Source of the DNA: Candidatus Magasanikbacteria bacterium GW2011_GWC2_37_14 | GTDB taxonomy: Bacteria > Patescibacteriota > Patescibacteriia > Magasanikbacterales > UBA922 | NCBI GenBank assembly: GCA_000990355.1 | Contig: LBSX01000002.1 | Span: 6,000-69,999 of the forward strand | Direction: 5' to 3' | DNA length: 64,000 nt | Shown here: piece by piece, positions 1-8,690 of the stretch | How the letters are laid out: the number at the start of each line of letters is the position of its first letter | Position numbering within the stretch: the stretch's first letter is position 1 | Notes under the pieces: model-generated | Told to the model about the DNA's origin: nothing | Databases searched by the model: none | What the model saw: only the letters and a program-made list of their open reading frames with translations | Translations under genes and position numbers: made by a program

Positions 1-2
1 CT

Positions 3-572
3 TTGTTAAAAAAAGAATTCGATATTCATCGAGCCAAAAATCAACAACATCCTTTGCAAGAAAAATATGGCATAGATGCTGTACCAGCACAACACGAAAA
101 ATTAAATGAATGGCGCGAGAATTTTGTAGGTATTCAGTATGAACATCCGGAATTAGGAATCACTATTACTGGGGCAATTGATGATTTATGGGTAAATTCA
201 GCTGGTGAATATATTGTGGTAGATTATAAATCTACTTCCAAGGCCGAAAAAATTGAAGCCTTGGATCAAGAGTGGCAAAATGGTTACAAAAGACAAATGG
301 AAGTTTACCAATGGCTTTTGCGAAAAAATGGTTACCAGGTTTCTAATACTGGATATTTTGTGTATTGTAATGGCGATACCGACAAAGAAGCTTTTGATGG
401 TAAATTAGAATTTGAAATTACTTTAATTGTTCACGAAGGTAATGATAGTTGGGTAGAACAAAGAATTAAAGAAGCTCATGAATGTTTAAAAATTGATAGT
501 TTGCCTAACCCGGGCAAAGCTTGTGATTATTGCGCTTATCGCCAGGGAGTGAAAGAAGTTTTGAGTGTTTAA
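3..572 (+). CDS. PD-(D/E)XK nuclease family protein (Cas4/RecB-like), 5'-partial
   Basis: The ORF runs off the window start. It carries a D...EYIVVDYKS nuclease motif and a C-terminal C-x5-CDYC cysteine cluster of the kind seen in Cas4/AddB-type nucleases. Confidence 0.45.
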   Translation: MLKKEFDIHRAKNQQHPLQEKYGIDAVPAQHEKLNEWRENFVGIQYEHPELGITITGAIDDLWVNSAGEYIVVDYKSTSKAEKIEALDQEWQNGYKRQMEVYQWLLRKNGYQVSNTGYFVYCNGDTDKEAFDGKLEFEITLIVHEGNDSWVEQRIKEAHECLKIDSLPNPGKACDYCAYRQGVKEVLSV

Positions 573-574
573 TT

Positions 575-1072
575 ATGCAGTTACCATATAGAAAACCAGG
601 AAAATATAGTCAAATAAAAATTGATCTTCTTTTAACAGAAGAGAAATTTAATGAACTTAAAAAAGATTTAGAAAAATTAAAAAGAAAACAACCTCAGGCA
701 GCTGCCGAAGTGGTTCGTTTGGCGGAGCTTGGTGATTTTTCGGAAAATGTAGAGTACCAATTAGCCAAGGGTAAGTTAAGGGGGATAAATAATGCTATTC
801 TAAAATTGGAATATCAAATAGATCATGCAGAAATAATTAAACCAGAAAAACAAAAAAATACAGTGCAAATTGGTCACGAGGTTTGGGTGCTCGTGAGTGG
901 CCAAGAAAAAAGATTCCAAATTTTGGGTTCAAGCGAGACTAATCCCGAAAAAGGGATTGTGTCTTATTCATCACCACTTGGTTTGGCGCTTTTGGGGCAT
1001 AGAGTCGGGGAGCATGTAAGAGTGAGTTTAGGTGAGCGGGAAATAGAGTACCAGATTTTAAAAATTGAGTAA
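575..1072 (+). CDS. greA: transcription elongation factor GreA
   Basis: LSENAEY-like motif (GDFSENVEYQ), a C-terminal FKBP-like domain and typical length. Start placed at the internal ATG at 575 (MQLPYRK). Confidence 0.8.
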   Translation: MQLPYRKPGKYSQIKIDLLLTEEKFNELKKDLEKLKRKQPQAAAEVVRLAELGDFSENVEYQLAKGKLRGINNAILKLEYQIDHAEIIKPEKQKNTVQIGHEVWVLVSGQEKRFQILGSSETNPEKGIVSYSSPLGLALLGHRVGEHVRVSLGEREIEYQILKIE

Positions 1073-1075
1073 ATC

Positions 1076-1104
1076 TTGACAATTCTTTGTAAATAGTGTA
1101 TACT
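1076..1104 (+). promoter_or_regulatory. sigma70-like promoter upstream of the cold-shock gene
   Basis: TTGACA (1076-1081), 17-nt spacer, TATACT (1099-1104). It lies about 85 nt upstream of the csp start, so the gene would have a long 5'UTR. Confidence 0.5.
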
Positions 1105-1188
1105 AAAAATCTACAAAATATCCTTAGAAAACTAGTCGACCTTCTTCAGTGATATATAATTTGTATTTTATTCATTACATTTCATACT

Positions 1189-1389
1189 ATGAAAGGTGCA
1201 ATTAAGACCATCGTTGCTGAAAAGCATTTTGGTTTCATCACCCCTGAGGATGGTTCTAAAGACGTTTTCTTCCATGAATCCGGTTTAGTAGACCTTCAAT
1301 TTGGTGACTTAAAAGCTGGTGATATGGTAAGTTTCGACGTTGAGCAGTCCGACAAAGGACCACGCGCTATCAACGTTGTTCGCGCTTAA
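1189..1389 (+). CDS. cold-shock protein (CspA family)
   Basis: 66 aa with the RNP1-like KGFGFI motif (here HFGFITPEDGSKDVFFH). Confidence 0.9.
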   Translation: MKGAIKTIVAEKHFGFITPEDGSKDVFFHESGLVDLQFGDLKAGDMVSFDVEQSDKGPRAINVVRA

Positions 1390-1405
1390 TCATTCAGATT
1401 AAAAA

Positions 1406-1434
1406 CACCCCGCATTTTGCGGGGTGTTTTTTTT
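1406..1434. terminator. rho-independent terminator (bidirectional)
   Basis: acaccccgc-atttt-gcggggtgt stem-loop followed by T8, with an A-run upstream. It sits between the convergent csp gene and the minus-strand 1500-2129 gene. Confidence 0.8.
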
Positions 1435-1443
1435 AATATTTTC

Positions 1444-1497
1444 CCTCCCCTATGAGGGGAGGGGTAGCCTGCCTGCCGGTAGGCAGGGGTGGGGTTT
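1444..1497. repeat. two GC-rich palindromic hairpin modules (family B)
   Basis: ccctcccctatgaggggaggg and gcctgcctgccggtaggcagg. Near-identical modules recur at 37929-37947, 38421-38450 and 47248-47274. Confidence 0.6.
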
Positions 1498-1499
1498 GT

Positions 1500-2129
1500 T
1501 TATTTCTTCTTTTTTGCAACAACTTTTTTTACAGCTGCTTTTGTTTTAGTTTTCTTTTCTTTTGTAGCTTCTTTTTCAACTACTTCTTTAACAACAGTTT
1601 CTTTGGTTTTTTTTGTTTCAGGTTTGCTTTCAGTAACAACTCCCAAAAACTTCATTAATTTATCAATTTTTACATGAAGTTGCTTGATTTGTTCTGTTAC
1701 GTCGCCATTATCTCTACTACCTCTGTTTTCGTCTTTTTTAAAGCAATTACTACAATATACAGGTTTATCAGTTGGTCGAAAAGGCACTTGGCAATTGTCG
1801 CCACATTTAGCGCAAGTAGCATCATGCATCTGGCGATCAGCACCAAAGTTTGGTCTTTCGCGACGGTCGCTGGCAAAATTACTTGGTCTACTGCCGCCAC
1901 CATTGTCTTGCTGTTTGCCAAAGCAATTACTGCAAAACACTGGACGTTCACCAGATGGTCTAAATGGTAATTCACAGTTGTCTCCACATTCACTGCAAAC
2001 AGCCTTAAAACGAGCTGGTTTATCTCCATCACGGTCAAATCTACCTCCACCGCCAAATGATTTACCGCCACCAAATTTACGGCCAAAACCACCACTAGAT
2101 TTTCGATCGTCTCTATTAAAATTTTTCAT
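1500..2129 (-). CDS. Gly/Arg-rich protein with two CxxC..CxxC zinc-ribbon repeats and a Lys-rich C-terminal tail
   Basis: N-terminal GGFGRKFGGG repeats, a twice-repeated C-x2-C-G-x2-C-x2-PFRP-x5-PV(F/Y)CSNCF motif, and a KKTKTKAAVKKVVAKKKK tail that resembles histone H1 or HU tails. Confidence 0.55.
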   Translation of the reverse strand: MKNFNRDDRKSSGGFGRKFGGGKSFGGGGRFDRDGDKPARFKAVCSECGDNCELPFRPSGERPVFCSNCFGKQQDNGGGSRPSNFASDRRERPNFGADRQMHDATCAKCGDNCQVPFRPTDKPVYCSNCFKKDENRGSRDNGDVTEQIKQLHVKIDKLMKFLGVVTESKPETKKTKETVVKEVVEKEATKEKKTKTKAAVKKVVAKKKK

Positions 2130-2207
2130 ATTTCAATATTTTATATTAATTAAACAACAAGTGACCTAAGCTTACCACAGAATGGTATAAAAAACAAGGG
2201 GCGTGGT

Positions 2208-3380
2208 CTAAAAATGATTTGTTTGAGCTTCTTGATATAATTTTTCAAAAGCAAGAATAGTGGTAGAGACATCGTGTTTTTTAATAATTTCCAAACTTTC
2301 TTGGCCAAATTTTTGGCGTAAGTCACTATTTTCTAGTAATTGTTTAAGATAATTAGCCAATTCCAAATAGTTATTATCATTAAACAAAAAACCATTTTCA
2401 TTAGGGTAAACTAATTCTGGTAAAGCCAAAGCATTGGCAGCTACCACAGGTAAACTAGTAGCCATAGCTTCCATTGTTACCAAACTTTGTAATTCTGCAG
2501 TGCCAGCCATTACAAAAATATTTGCCAAAGGATAAACAAAAGGTAAGTCTTCGTCACTTACATATCCCAAAAATGTTACATTATTACTAATATTTAAATT
2601 TTTAGCCAAATTTTCCAAATTTTGTCTTTCATTACCATTGCCAGCAACTATAAAATGTATATCAATATTTTTTTTCAATTCTGCAACAGCGCGTAATACT
2701 GTATCAACATGTTTTTCTGGGGATAGACGATTAACTACTAAAATAGTTGGTTTGTTTGGTAAATTATGGCGTTTTTTTAAATAATCACTATTATTATTTG
2801 GATTAAATTTTTTCATGTCTATACCACAAGAGAGAGGAATAATTTCTTGAGTTAGGCCAATTTTTTTTAAAACATTAGCTGCTGTTTTGGTAGGTGTAGT
2901 AATAATGGGTAACTTGGAAAAATTTCTTTTAAAATGCCACCAGAGTAAATTATTTAAAAGTTTTTTTATTTTTTTTGGTAAAGCCACATAATGGGTTAAA
3001 TTATCTGGCATGAAGTGGTTGGTGGCCACAATTGGCAAATGATTTTTTTTGGCAATTTGTATTAAAGCATTTTCCACGAAAAAATGTCCTTGTACGTGAA
3101 TTACGTCAGGTTTAAAGTTTAAGACAACTGGTTCTAGATGTTTTAACAAACCAAAGGGTAAACTAAAACAATAATCTTTATGAAAGCCCGAGGGCCAAGA
3201 ACTAACCCCTAAAATATTAACTTGATTATGCGTAGAGTAAATGTCATTAAAACTTTTGCCAGGGGCAATTACTAGCACTTCGTGGCCTCGCAATACTAAT
3301 TGTTCGGCCAAGCGTTGCGTAAAATAAGAAGCACCGTCGATGTTTGGATAATAAGTATCTGCGCCGATAATAATTTTCAT
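2208..3380 (-). CDS. glycosyltransferase family 4
   Basis: GT-B C-terminal E-x7-E signature (MEAMATSLPVVAANALALPELV). Confidence 0.8.
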   Translation of the reverse strand: MKIIIGADTYYPNIDGASYFTQRLAEQLVLRGHEVLVIAPGKSFNDIYSTHNQVNILGVSSWPSGFHKDYCFSLPFGLLKHLEPVVLNFKPDVIHVQGHFFVENALIQIAKKNHLPIVATNHFMPDNLTHYVALPKKIKKLLNNLLWWHFKRNFSKLPIITTPTKTAANVLKKIGLTQEIIPLSCGIDMKKFNPNNNSDYLKKRHNLPNKPTILVVNRLSPEKHVDTVLRAVAELKKNIDIHFIVAGNGNERQNLENLAKNLNISNNVTFLGYVSDEDLPFVYPLANIFVMAGTAELQSLVTMEAMATSLPVVAANALALPELVYPNENGFLFNDNNYLELANYLKQLLENSDLRQKFGQESLEIIKKHDVSTTILAFEKLYQEAQTNHF

Positions 3381-3383
3381 AAT

Positions 3384-3977
3384 TTATTTGATAAGTTTTT
3401 TCTCTAAATAATTACCAATAAATAAATAGCCAATAAAGATTAAAATAATTATAACCGAAAAAATAATTGTGCCATAAGTTAAATAAGAATTAATTTTTTC
3501 TGAAAGTTGGCCAAGGTAATATCCAATGATTAAAAAAAATAAGGTTTTGGGTATGGTAGCCATTAAATCATATAAGAAAAAAAGCCACCAGTTTATTTTA
3601 ATTATACCAGCGGCTATAAGTATTGGTACTCCGGCCATGTGGGTGATTTTTCCAATGATTAGGGTTTTTCTAGGATGATTGTGAAAAATGTGTTTTAAAA
3701 AATTTAGACGTTTTTCTGACAATTTAGTAAAATTAGCATATTTTTCTGCGAGTTTTTTTCCACCCCAATAACCAGCTAAATAATAAAGACTGTCACTTAC
3801 CATTTCTGCGGCTATAATAATTACAAAAGCCAATAACCAATTAAACAAATCGTGAGCTAATAAAAAACCCACAAACATAGTTATTAGTGGGCCCTCAATA
3901 ATTACAAAAATAAAAACCAGCAAATAACGGTATATAGGTAAAAGTGTGGCAATTGTTGTTAGAGTTAAGAGGTCCAT
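3384..3977 (-). CDS. DedA/VTT-family membrane protein
   Basis: Multi-TM protein with a VTT-like VIIEGPLIT...LLAHDLF region. Start placed at the internal MDLL to avoid overlap with the upstream gene. Confidence 0.55.
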   Translation of the reverse strand: MDLLTLTTIATLLPIYRYLLVFIFVIIEGPLITMFVGFLLAHDLFNWLLAFVIIIAAEMVSDSLYYLAGYWGGKKLAEKYANFTKLSEKRLNFLKHIFHNHPRKTLIIGKITHMAGVPILIAAGIIKINWWLFFLYDLMATIPKTLFFLIIGYYLGQLSEKINSYLTYGTIIFSVIIILIFIGYLFIGNYLEKKLIK

Positions 3978-3991
3978 TTTAATGTTATACA

Positions 3992-6583
3992 TTATATAGC
4001 AAATAAAAACCCATAACTCAAAGAAGTATAGGCCATATCTTGCCAAACAGTAAATTCATTCATATCCGGCATGCGGGCCCAAGGAGCATATTGTCGAAGG
4101 GCAGGAATATTTTTTGGGGTGGGATAAAAATTATTATACACCAAACAACCCCAAGCATCGGTAGGTTCACAATCGCCGTCATAATCTCGTGCATGGGGAC
4201 CATAAATAGGTAATCCAGGGACTGGTTTTTCTTGTTGGTCATACATAGAATTCAAATGTAGTGGAAATTCGGGATTTCTAATTCCTAATCCAGTTATCCA
4301 AGAAAGACCCAAAGGATTTTCTCCTAATTGATAATCAGCATTTAAAGAAATTGCGTCGATATATTTTTGATCTTTGGTAAAATAATATGCCATTGCAGTG
4401 CCAACAATACTTCTCATAGAGTTTGATCCCGAGCCCCAAGCAATTGCGTAATTAAAATTAGTAGAATTTTTATATTTATTTTCCATAATTTGTTCTACTT
4501 CGTCATTGCCAATTTCAATAATTCTATTTTTTACTTGTTCTTGAAAATCTCTGTCAACGTTGGTGCCATTGGCATTGCTATAACCCCAAAAAGAATAAAT
4601 ATTTGCAAACCAAGTAGGACCACGATAGGTTGGGTACAATTGTTTAAATACATTTTGATATTTTGTTTCATTGGTTAAAGCAAATAATTCTCCGGCGGCG
4701 TACATTTTTTCTCTTTCTAGTTCATTCAGTTTGTCTTCGTTACTTCTTTCTACAGGCGCTGTCGTGCCAAGGCTAGTTTGTTTTTCTGCCCAATCCCAAG
4801 CTTTCAAGGCTTTATTTTTTAAATCAGTGGCTTTGTTTTTTCCGGCGGGATAATTTTCCAAAATTCTCGCTAAATGTGCAGCTGCTCCGGCAAATTTATA
4901 AGAAGTCCATCTGTTTGGAGCATATGTCCAGTAGGGAAGTGTGTCACCCTCACATGTAGAAGAACCTGGGTGAGCATAACTCTCAACGCCAGCTCTTACT
5001 CCGCCGTCTGATTCTTGTAAAGTTTCCCATAATTTTATTCCCCATAAAGCTTCATCCAAAACATCTGGAATTTGGTTTCCACTTTCCGGAATATTTAATT
5101 GATTGTCTGTAAATTTATTAGGAAACATTTCTTGTAAGGTTGTTAAATCTTCGACAATTAGTAAATGCATTGGTCTTAAATCAAAATCACCAGCATCAAA
5201 CCAACCACCACTAATATTTATCGGGTTATTTTTGGAAGTATTTTTAGAAAATTTTTCACCAAAATCTTCCAATATATTTGTTTCAAATACTTGGTTCAGG
5301 CACATTTTATGAATCCAGTTGGTATATTTTGATTCTAGGGCTGTGCCAGCCCGTTGGTGGTACAAACCGCGAATTGCTGTATAAAAGGCTGTAAAAGCAG
5401 AATCTAGCCCTACGCTAAAGACAAGAGATCGACCAATTCCTTCTACCTCAAGATAATAATTACCTTCGTTTAAATCACTTAAATCTAATTCATATAAAAT
5501 TTCTCCACTTAGATTGTCCGATCCTAAGTTTGTTGATTTTCCCGAACTGACCAATTGTTTGGAACTGGCATTATACACTTGATAATTTAATTGTGTCGGC
5601 AATATTAAAGCACCGCCAGAACCTAACCAATAACCAACATAAGCATAGCGTTCTTTTGCTTTTAAAGAAAAACCATGTTGATTAATTTTAATAGCTTTGG
5701 CAATTTGCAAATCTTTGCCAGGCATTAAATTCCAAGAAGAAAATTGTTCATTGGAAAAATAACCAATTGTTCCGTTATAAACATATTTTTTACCTGTTGG
5801 GTTAATAAGTTCTACTGTATAATTTTGATCATTTTTTAATTCTTTAGGTAAAGTTAAATACAAAGTATGTCTTAAAACAACGTCGGCTTGGTTTTGGCCG
5901 TTATAATCTCTGTCTTCAGCATCTAATACTGCCGAAAATCGATCAATTTTTGTAGGATGAACAATATTTTTGTAATTTATATCACTAGTAGAAATAATAT
6001 TCCAATTGTTTGCATTCATTATAAAATTTAAATCAATTTCACCATCAAAAATTACTTCCGCTATTTTATTAGTAATTAGTCCAATTGAATTATTTTTTAT
6101 TACGACTTCAGAAGTAGTAAATTCACTGTCTGGATATATTTCCGAGTTGTTTATGGTTAATATTCTGTCCCAGCGATAGCCCAAATTATTAAAAGCAGTT
6201 TCATTAGCAATGTGTTTTTTTAATAAAATTCCTTTTTCACTGTATTCTAAGCGATAAACTTTATTACTATTAGCATATTTTATAATTGTAAATTCTGGGT
6301 GATGGTCAGTGTAATTTATTTCACCGGCAGTTTCGTATTTATTTAATAATTCGACATCAATATTTTCAATCCAATTCCAAGGGTATTTTAAAGAGTTAAA
6401 AATATTTTCAGATTTTATCCAATATTTTTTATTGTTCAATAATATATACACCTTTGGGTCGTTGGGAATTTTTACCAAAGCGCCATGCAGGGTGTTATTA
6501 ATAGAAAATGCTTTTGGCACAAACAATACAAAGGCAAAAACTAAGTTTAAAACAATTAAACTAAATATTTTTCTTTTATTCAT
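3992..6583 (-). CDS. large secreted glycoside hydrolase, GH9-like
   Basis: N-terminal signal peptide. GGWFDAGDFDLRPMH resembles the GH9 GGWYDAGDH motif, and C-terminal LGENPLGLSWITGLG.RNPEFP resembles the GH9 NP...SYVVGYG...PHHR region. Confidence 0.5.
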   Translation of the reverse strand: MNKRKIFSLIVLNLVFAFVLFVPKAFSINNTLHGALVKIPNDPKVYILLNNKKYWIKSENIFNSLKYPWNWIENIDVELLNKYETAGEINYTDHHPEFTIIKYANSNKVYRLEYSEKGILLKKHIANETAFNNLGYRWDRILTINNSEIYPDSEFTTSEVVIKNNSIGLITNKIAEVIFDGEIDLNFIMNANNWNIISTSDINYKNIVHPTKIDRFSAVLDAEDRDYNGQNQADVVLRHTLYLTLPKELKNDQNYTVELINPTGKKYVYNGTIGYFSNEQFSSWNLMPGKDLQIAKAIKINQHGFSLKAKERYAYVGYWLGSGGALILPTQLNYQVYNASSKQLVSSGKSTNLGSDNLSGEILYELDLSDLNEGNYYLEVEGIGRSLVFSVGLDSAFTAFYTAIRGLYHQRAGTALESKYTNWIHKMCLNQVFETNILEDFGEKFSKNTSKNNPINISGGWFDAGDFDLRPMHLLIVEDLTTLQEMFPNKFTDNQLNIPESGNQIPDVLDEALWGIKLWETLQESDGGVRAGVESYAHPGSSTCEGDTLPYWTYAPNRWTSYKFAGAAAHLARILENYPAGKNKATDLKNKALKAWDWAEKQTSLGTTAPVERSNEDKLNELEREKMYAAGELFALTNETKYQNVFKQLYPTYRGPTWFANIYSFWGYSNANGTNVDRDFQEQVKNRIIEIGNDEVEQIMENKYKNSTNFNYAIAWGSGSNSMRSIVGTAMAYYFTKDQKYIDAISLNADYQLGENPLGLSWITGLGIRNPEFPLHLNSMYDQQEKPVPGLPIYGPHARDYDGDCEPTDAWGCLVYNNFYPTPKNIPALRQYAPWARMPDMNEFTVWQDMAYTSLSYGFLFAI

Positions 6584-6632
6584 ATCTTTTATTTTACTCT
6601 AATAAGTGAGTAAAAACAATTTATTTATAAGA

Positions 6633-6666
6633 TATAAAAAAATAATGGCCCAATAAAGCCATTATT
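6633..6666 (-). terminator. rho-independent terminator (minus strand)
   Basis: aataatggc-ccaataaa-gccattatt stem. On the minus strand it is followed by a T6 run and lies directly downstream of the small ORF at 6693-6806. Confidence 0.6.
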
Positions 6667-6692
6667 TCATTTATTTTACAATTTTTGTAAAA

Positions 6693-6806
6693 TTATGCTT
6701 GAGGTTCAACTGGAGTTTCTTCTGGGGTAGGTTCTACTGGAGTTGCTGTTTCCTCGACTGGAGTAGTGGCTGTAGTTTCGTCTGTAGTAGGTTCGTCTTG
6801 CATCAT
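6693..6806 (-). CDS. candidate small ORF, 37 aa, Thr/Pro/Glu-rich (MMQDEPTTDETTATTPVEETATPVEPTPEETPVEPQA)
   Basis: Not in the ORF track because it is under 60 aa. It is bracketed by a consensus promoter and a terminator on the same strand. It could equally be a non-coding RNA. Confidence 0.3.
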   Translation of the reverse strand: MMQDEPTTDETTATTPVEETATPVEPTPEETPVEPQA

Positions 6807-6856
6807 ATGTGTGATACTTATGTATAAAGGCCAACTAGTGTTAGTCAGTGGAATCA

Positions 6857-6885
6857 ATTATATCACGTTTTGATTATCTTGTCAA
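6857..6885 (-). promoter_or_regulatory. consensus sigma70 promoter on the minus strand
   Basis: Read on the minus strand: TTGACA, 17-nt spacer, TGaTATAAT (extended -10). Plus-strand coordinates are tgtcaa 6880-6885 and attata 6857-6862. Confidence 0.6.
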
Positions 6886-6945
6886 TGATAAATTTTACCT
6901 TACACTACTTGGCTCGGGGTCACGAACGACGTTCGAACCAGCTTG

Positions 6946-7404
6946 TTAGAATTTTAAAAGACTGGCAATACACAAAACTACCCCAGCACCAAAAAGACAA
7001 CCAGCCATTTTACCAACCGCGGATTTAAGCATTGTCCTTTCTTCAGACACAAATTGAAGTCTTAATTTTTCGGCAGAATAGCCCTCAAAGATCCCCGCTA
7101 TTCCGTCTGTTATGGCATTTCCGACAACACCGCCAAGGATAGCCCCTGTTACCCCACCAAAATGACCGCCAAAGATTGCCATTATCGCTAGAATACCATT
7201 ATCTATCAATCCGAAGTATATATCCGGCAAAACGGATTTTATATTTATTTTAAAAGGTAAAAGAGAGAGAAGACAAAGTATGGACAATAAAATCAACACA
7301 AGACCTATCCAGTGACCGTCGTTAACAAGATATATGCTAACCGCACCGATTATAATACAAAGTGCAAGTATGTTAACGATAGCTAAAAAGAACTTCTTAT
7401 TCAT
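6946..7404 (-). CDS. small membrane protein with a glycine-zipper segment
   Basis: TM helices plus a GGVTGAILGGVVGNAITDGIAGIFEG glycine-zipper-like segment. Confidence 0.45.
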   Translation of the reverse strand: MNKKFFLAIVNILALCIIIGAVSIYLVNDGHWIGLVLILLSILCLLSLLPFKINIKSVLPDIYFGLIDNGILAIMAIFGGHFGGVTGAILGGVVGNAITDGIAGIFEGYSAEKLRLQFVSEERTMLKSAVGKMAGCLFGAGVVLCIASLLKF

Positions 7405-7406
7405 AT

Positions 7407-8585
7407 TTATTTATTAATGTTTAATCTTTTTTTGTACTTGTTTGGCTTATTAGCAACAATCTCCTTGTATATCGTCATCAATTTTGTTGTCATGTTTTTT
7501 GAACTAAATTGTTTTGAGCTTGCAAGCGCTCCTGCGGACAGTTTTTTCCGCAGAACATCATCACTTAAAATAAGCTGAATTTTTTCAACCATTTCTTTTT
7601 CAGAATTAACCAAATACCCATTAACGCCATCCTTAATGATTTCCGGAGCTACTCCGACAGGGAACGTTACGGGAATAATTCCTTGTGACATGCCTTCAAC
7701 CATACTCAAACAAAACCCTTCATAACGGGAAGTAACCAATAATATACTACCACAGAGGGCACTCAATTTTTCTTTAATTTCTGGTTTATACAGGTTTGTA
7801 TAAACAGTGTGAAGATTTATAGACGATCTTAACCAAGAACTAATGTTTTTATTAGCCGTCATTAGAATGCTAAGTTTGGGCACATCTCTAAACGCTCGAT
7901 AAGCATAAATAAGACGATCTAGCCCTTTTAATTTGAGGGTAAACACATTTTGGCCGATACGTCCCAAATAAACAAGAAAAGGGGCTGTTGTGGTCGTTGT
8001 TGGACTGTTTTCAAACCAAAAATCTTCTATCGCATTATGGACTACATGAATTTTTGTTTCATCAATTCCGCTGTTTATCAAATCGTTCTTTACTATCTCC
8101 GAGGTTGCCACAATAGCCGTGACTCGTTTAGCGACTAAATTTTCGATATCCGCTATATCTCTTAGTGGTCTTCTGGTTTTTATATTAAGTTCATTAATAA
8201 TTTTGGCTTGTTTTAATTCGTTCCAAATTTTTCTTAATTTTGGTTCAGTTTGGTTTGTGTGAGGTGTTGCGTGGATAAAACCACTCGTTGTTGAACCAAA
8301 ATGAGAAACGATAGGGGTTGAAAAAGATAAGAATGCAATCGTTGTGTATGTAGTTCCTTGGATAATATCACAGCTCAAAACTTTATTTCTATGTTCTAAC
8401 AAACTAAAAAAGAATAATATATTGTTGAAACCTTTCATGTGGTGTGGAGCGTCTACCAATTTTACTTTAGGATAAAAATGTATCATTTCGACGCCCTCTC
8501 CTTCTAATTTGCAAGAAATCAGGCTGTTTATACAACCTGCCCCAGTTTTTAATTTTTTATCTTGGTGAATAAAGGCGATTTTCAT
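7407..8585 (-). CDS. glycosyltransferase family 4
   Basis: E-x7-E signature (EGFCLSMVEGMSQGIIPV). Confidence 0.75.
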   Translation of the reverse strand: MKIAFIHQDKKLKTGAGCINSLISCKLEGEGVEMIHFYPKVKLVDAPHHMKGFNNILFFFSLLEHRNKVLSCDIIQGTTYTTIAFLSFSTPIVSHFGSTTSGFIHATPHTNQTEPKLRKIWNELKQAKIINELNIKTRRPLRDIADIENLVAKRVTAIVATSEIVKNDLINSGIDETKIHVVHNAIEDFWFENSPTTTTTAPFLVYLGRIGQNVFTLKLKGLDRLIYAYRAFRDVPKLSILMTANKNISSWLRSSINLHTVYTNLYKPEIKEKLSALCGSILLVTSRYEGFCLSMVEGMSQGIIPVTFPVGVAPEIIKDGVNGYLVNSEKEMVEKIQLILSDDVLRKKLSAGALASSKQFSSKNMTTKLMTIYKEIVANKPNKYKKRLNINK

Positions 8586-8690
8586 ATGGTAAGTCTATCA
8601 TAAAATATGATATACAACTAGGTACATTATGCCATGCAGTTTATTTTCCAGTTCAAACGTCTTGCCTCCACCTAAGGCAACTTGCATAAA

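Noticed and set aside
1452-2169. Cluster of overlapping plus- and minus-strand ORFs (1452-1658, 1489-1677, 1674-1970, 1684-2169, 1697-2095) with low-complexity F/S/L-rich translations
   Set aside because: They overlap or run antisense to the better-supported minus-strand zinc-ribbon gene at 1500-2129. Their repetitive composition reflects the Lys/Gly-rich coding strand read in other frames.
6915-6940. cgaacg-a-cgttcg palindrome downstream of the 6946-7404 gene as a terminator
   Set aside because: It has a one-nucleotide loop and no T-run, so it is unlikely to work as an intrinsic terminator.
7515-7550. Hairpin ctgcgga-cagtttttt-ccgcag inside the C-terminal coding region of the GT4 gene, as another inserted element
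   Set aside because: It is a single short stem with only moderate GC, has no repeat partner elsewhere in the window, and the encoded residues (LRKKLSAG) are unremarkable. Probably coincidental.
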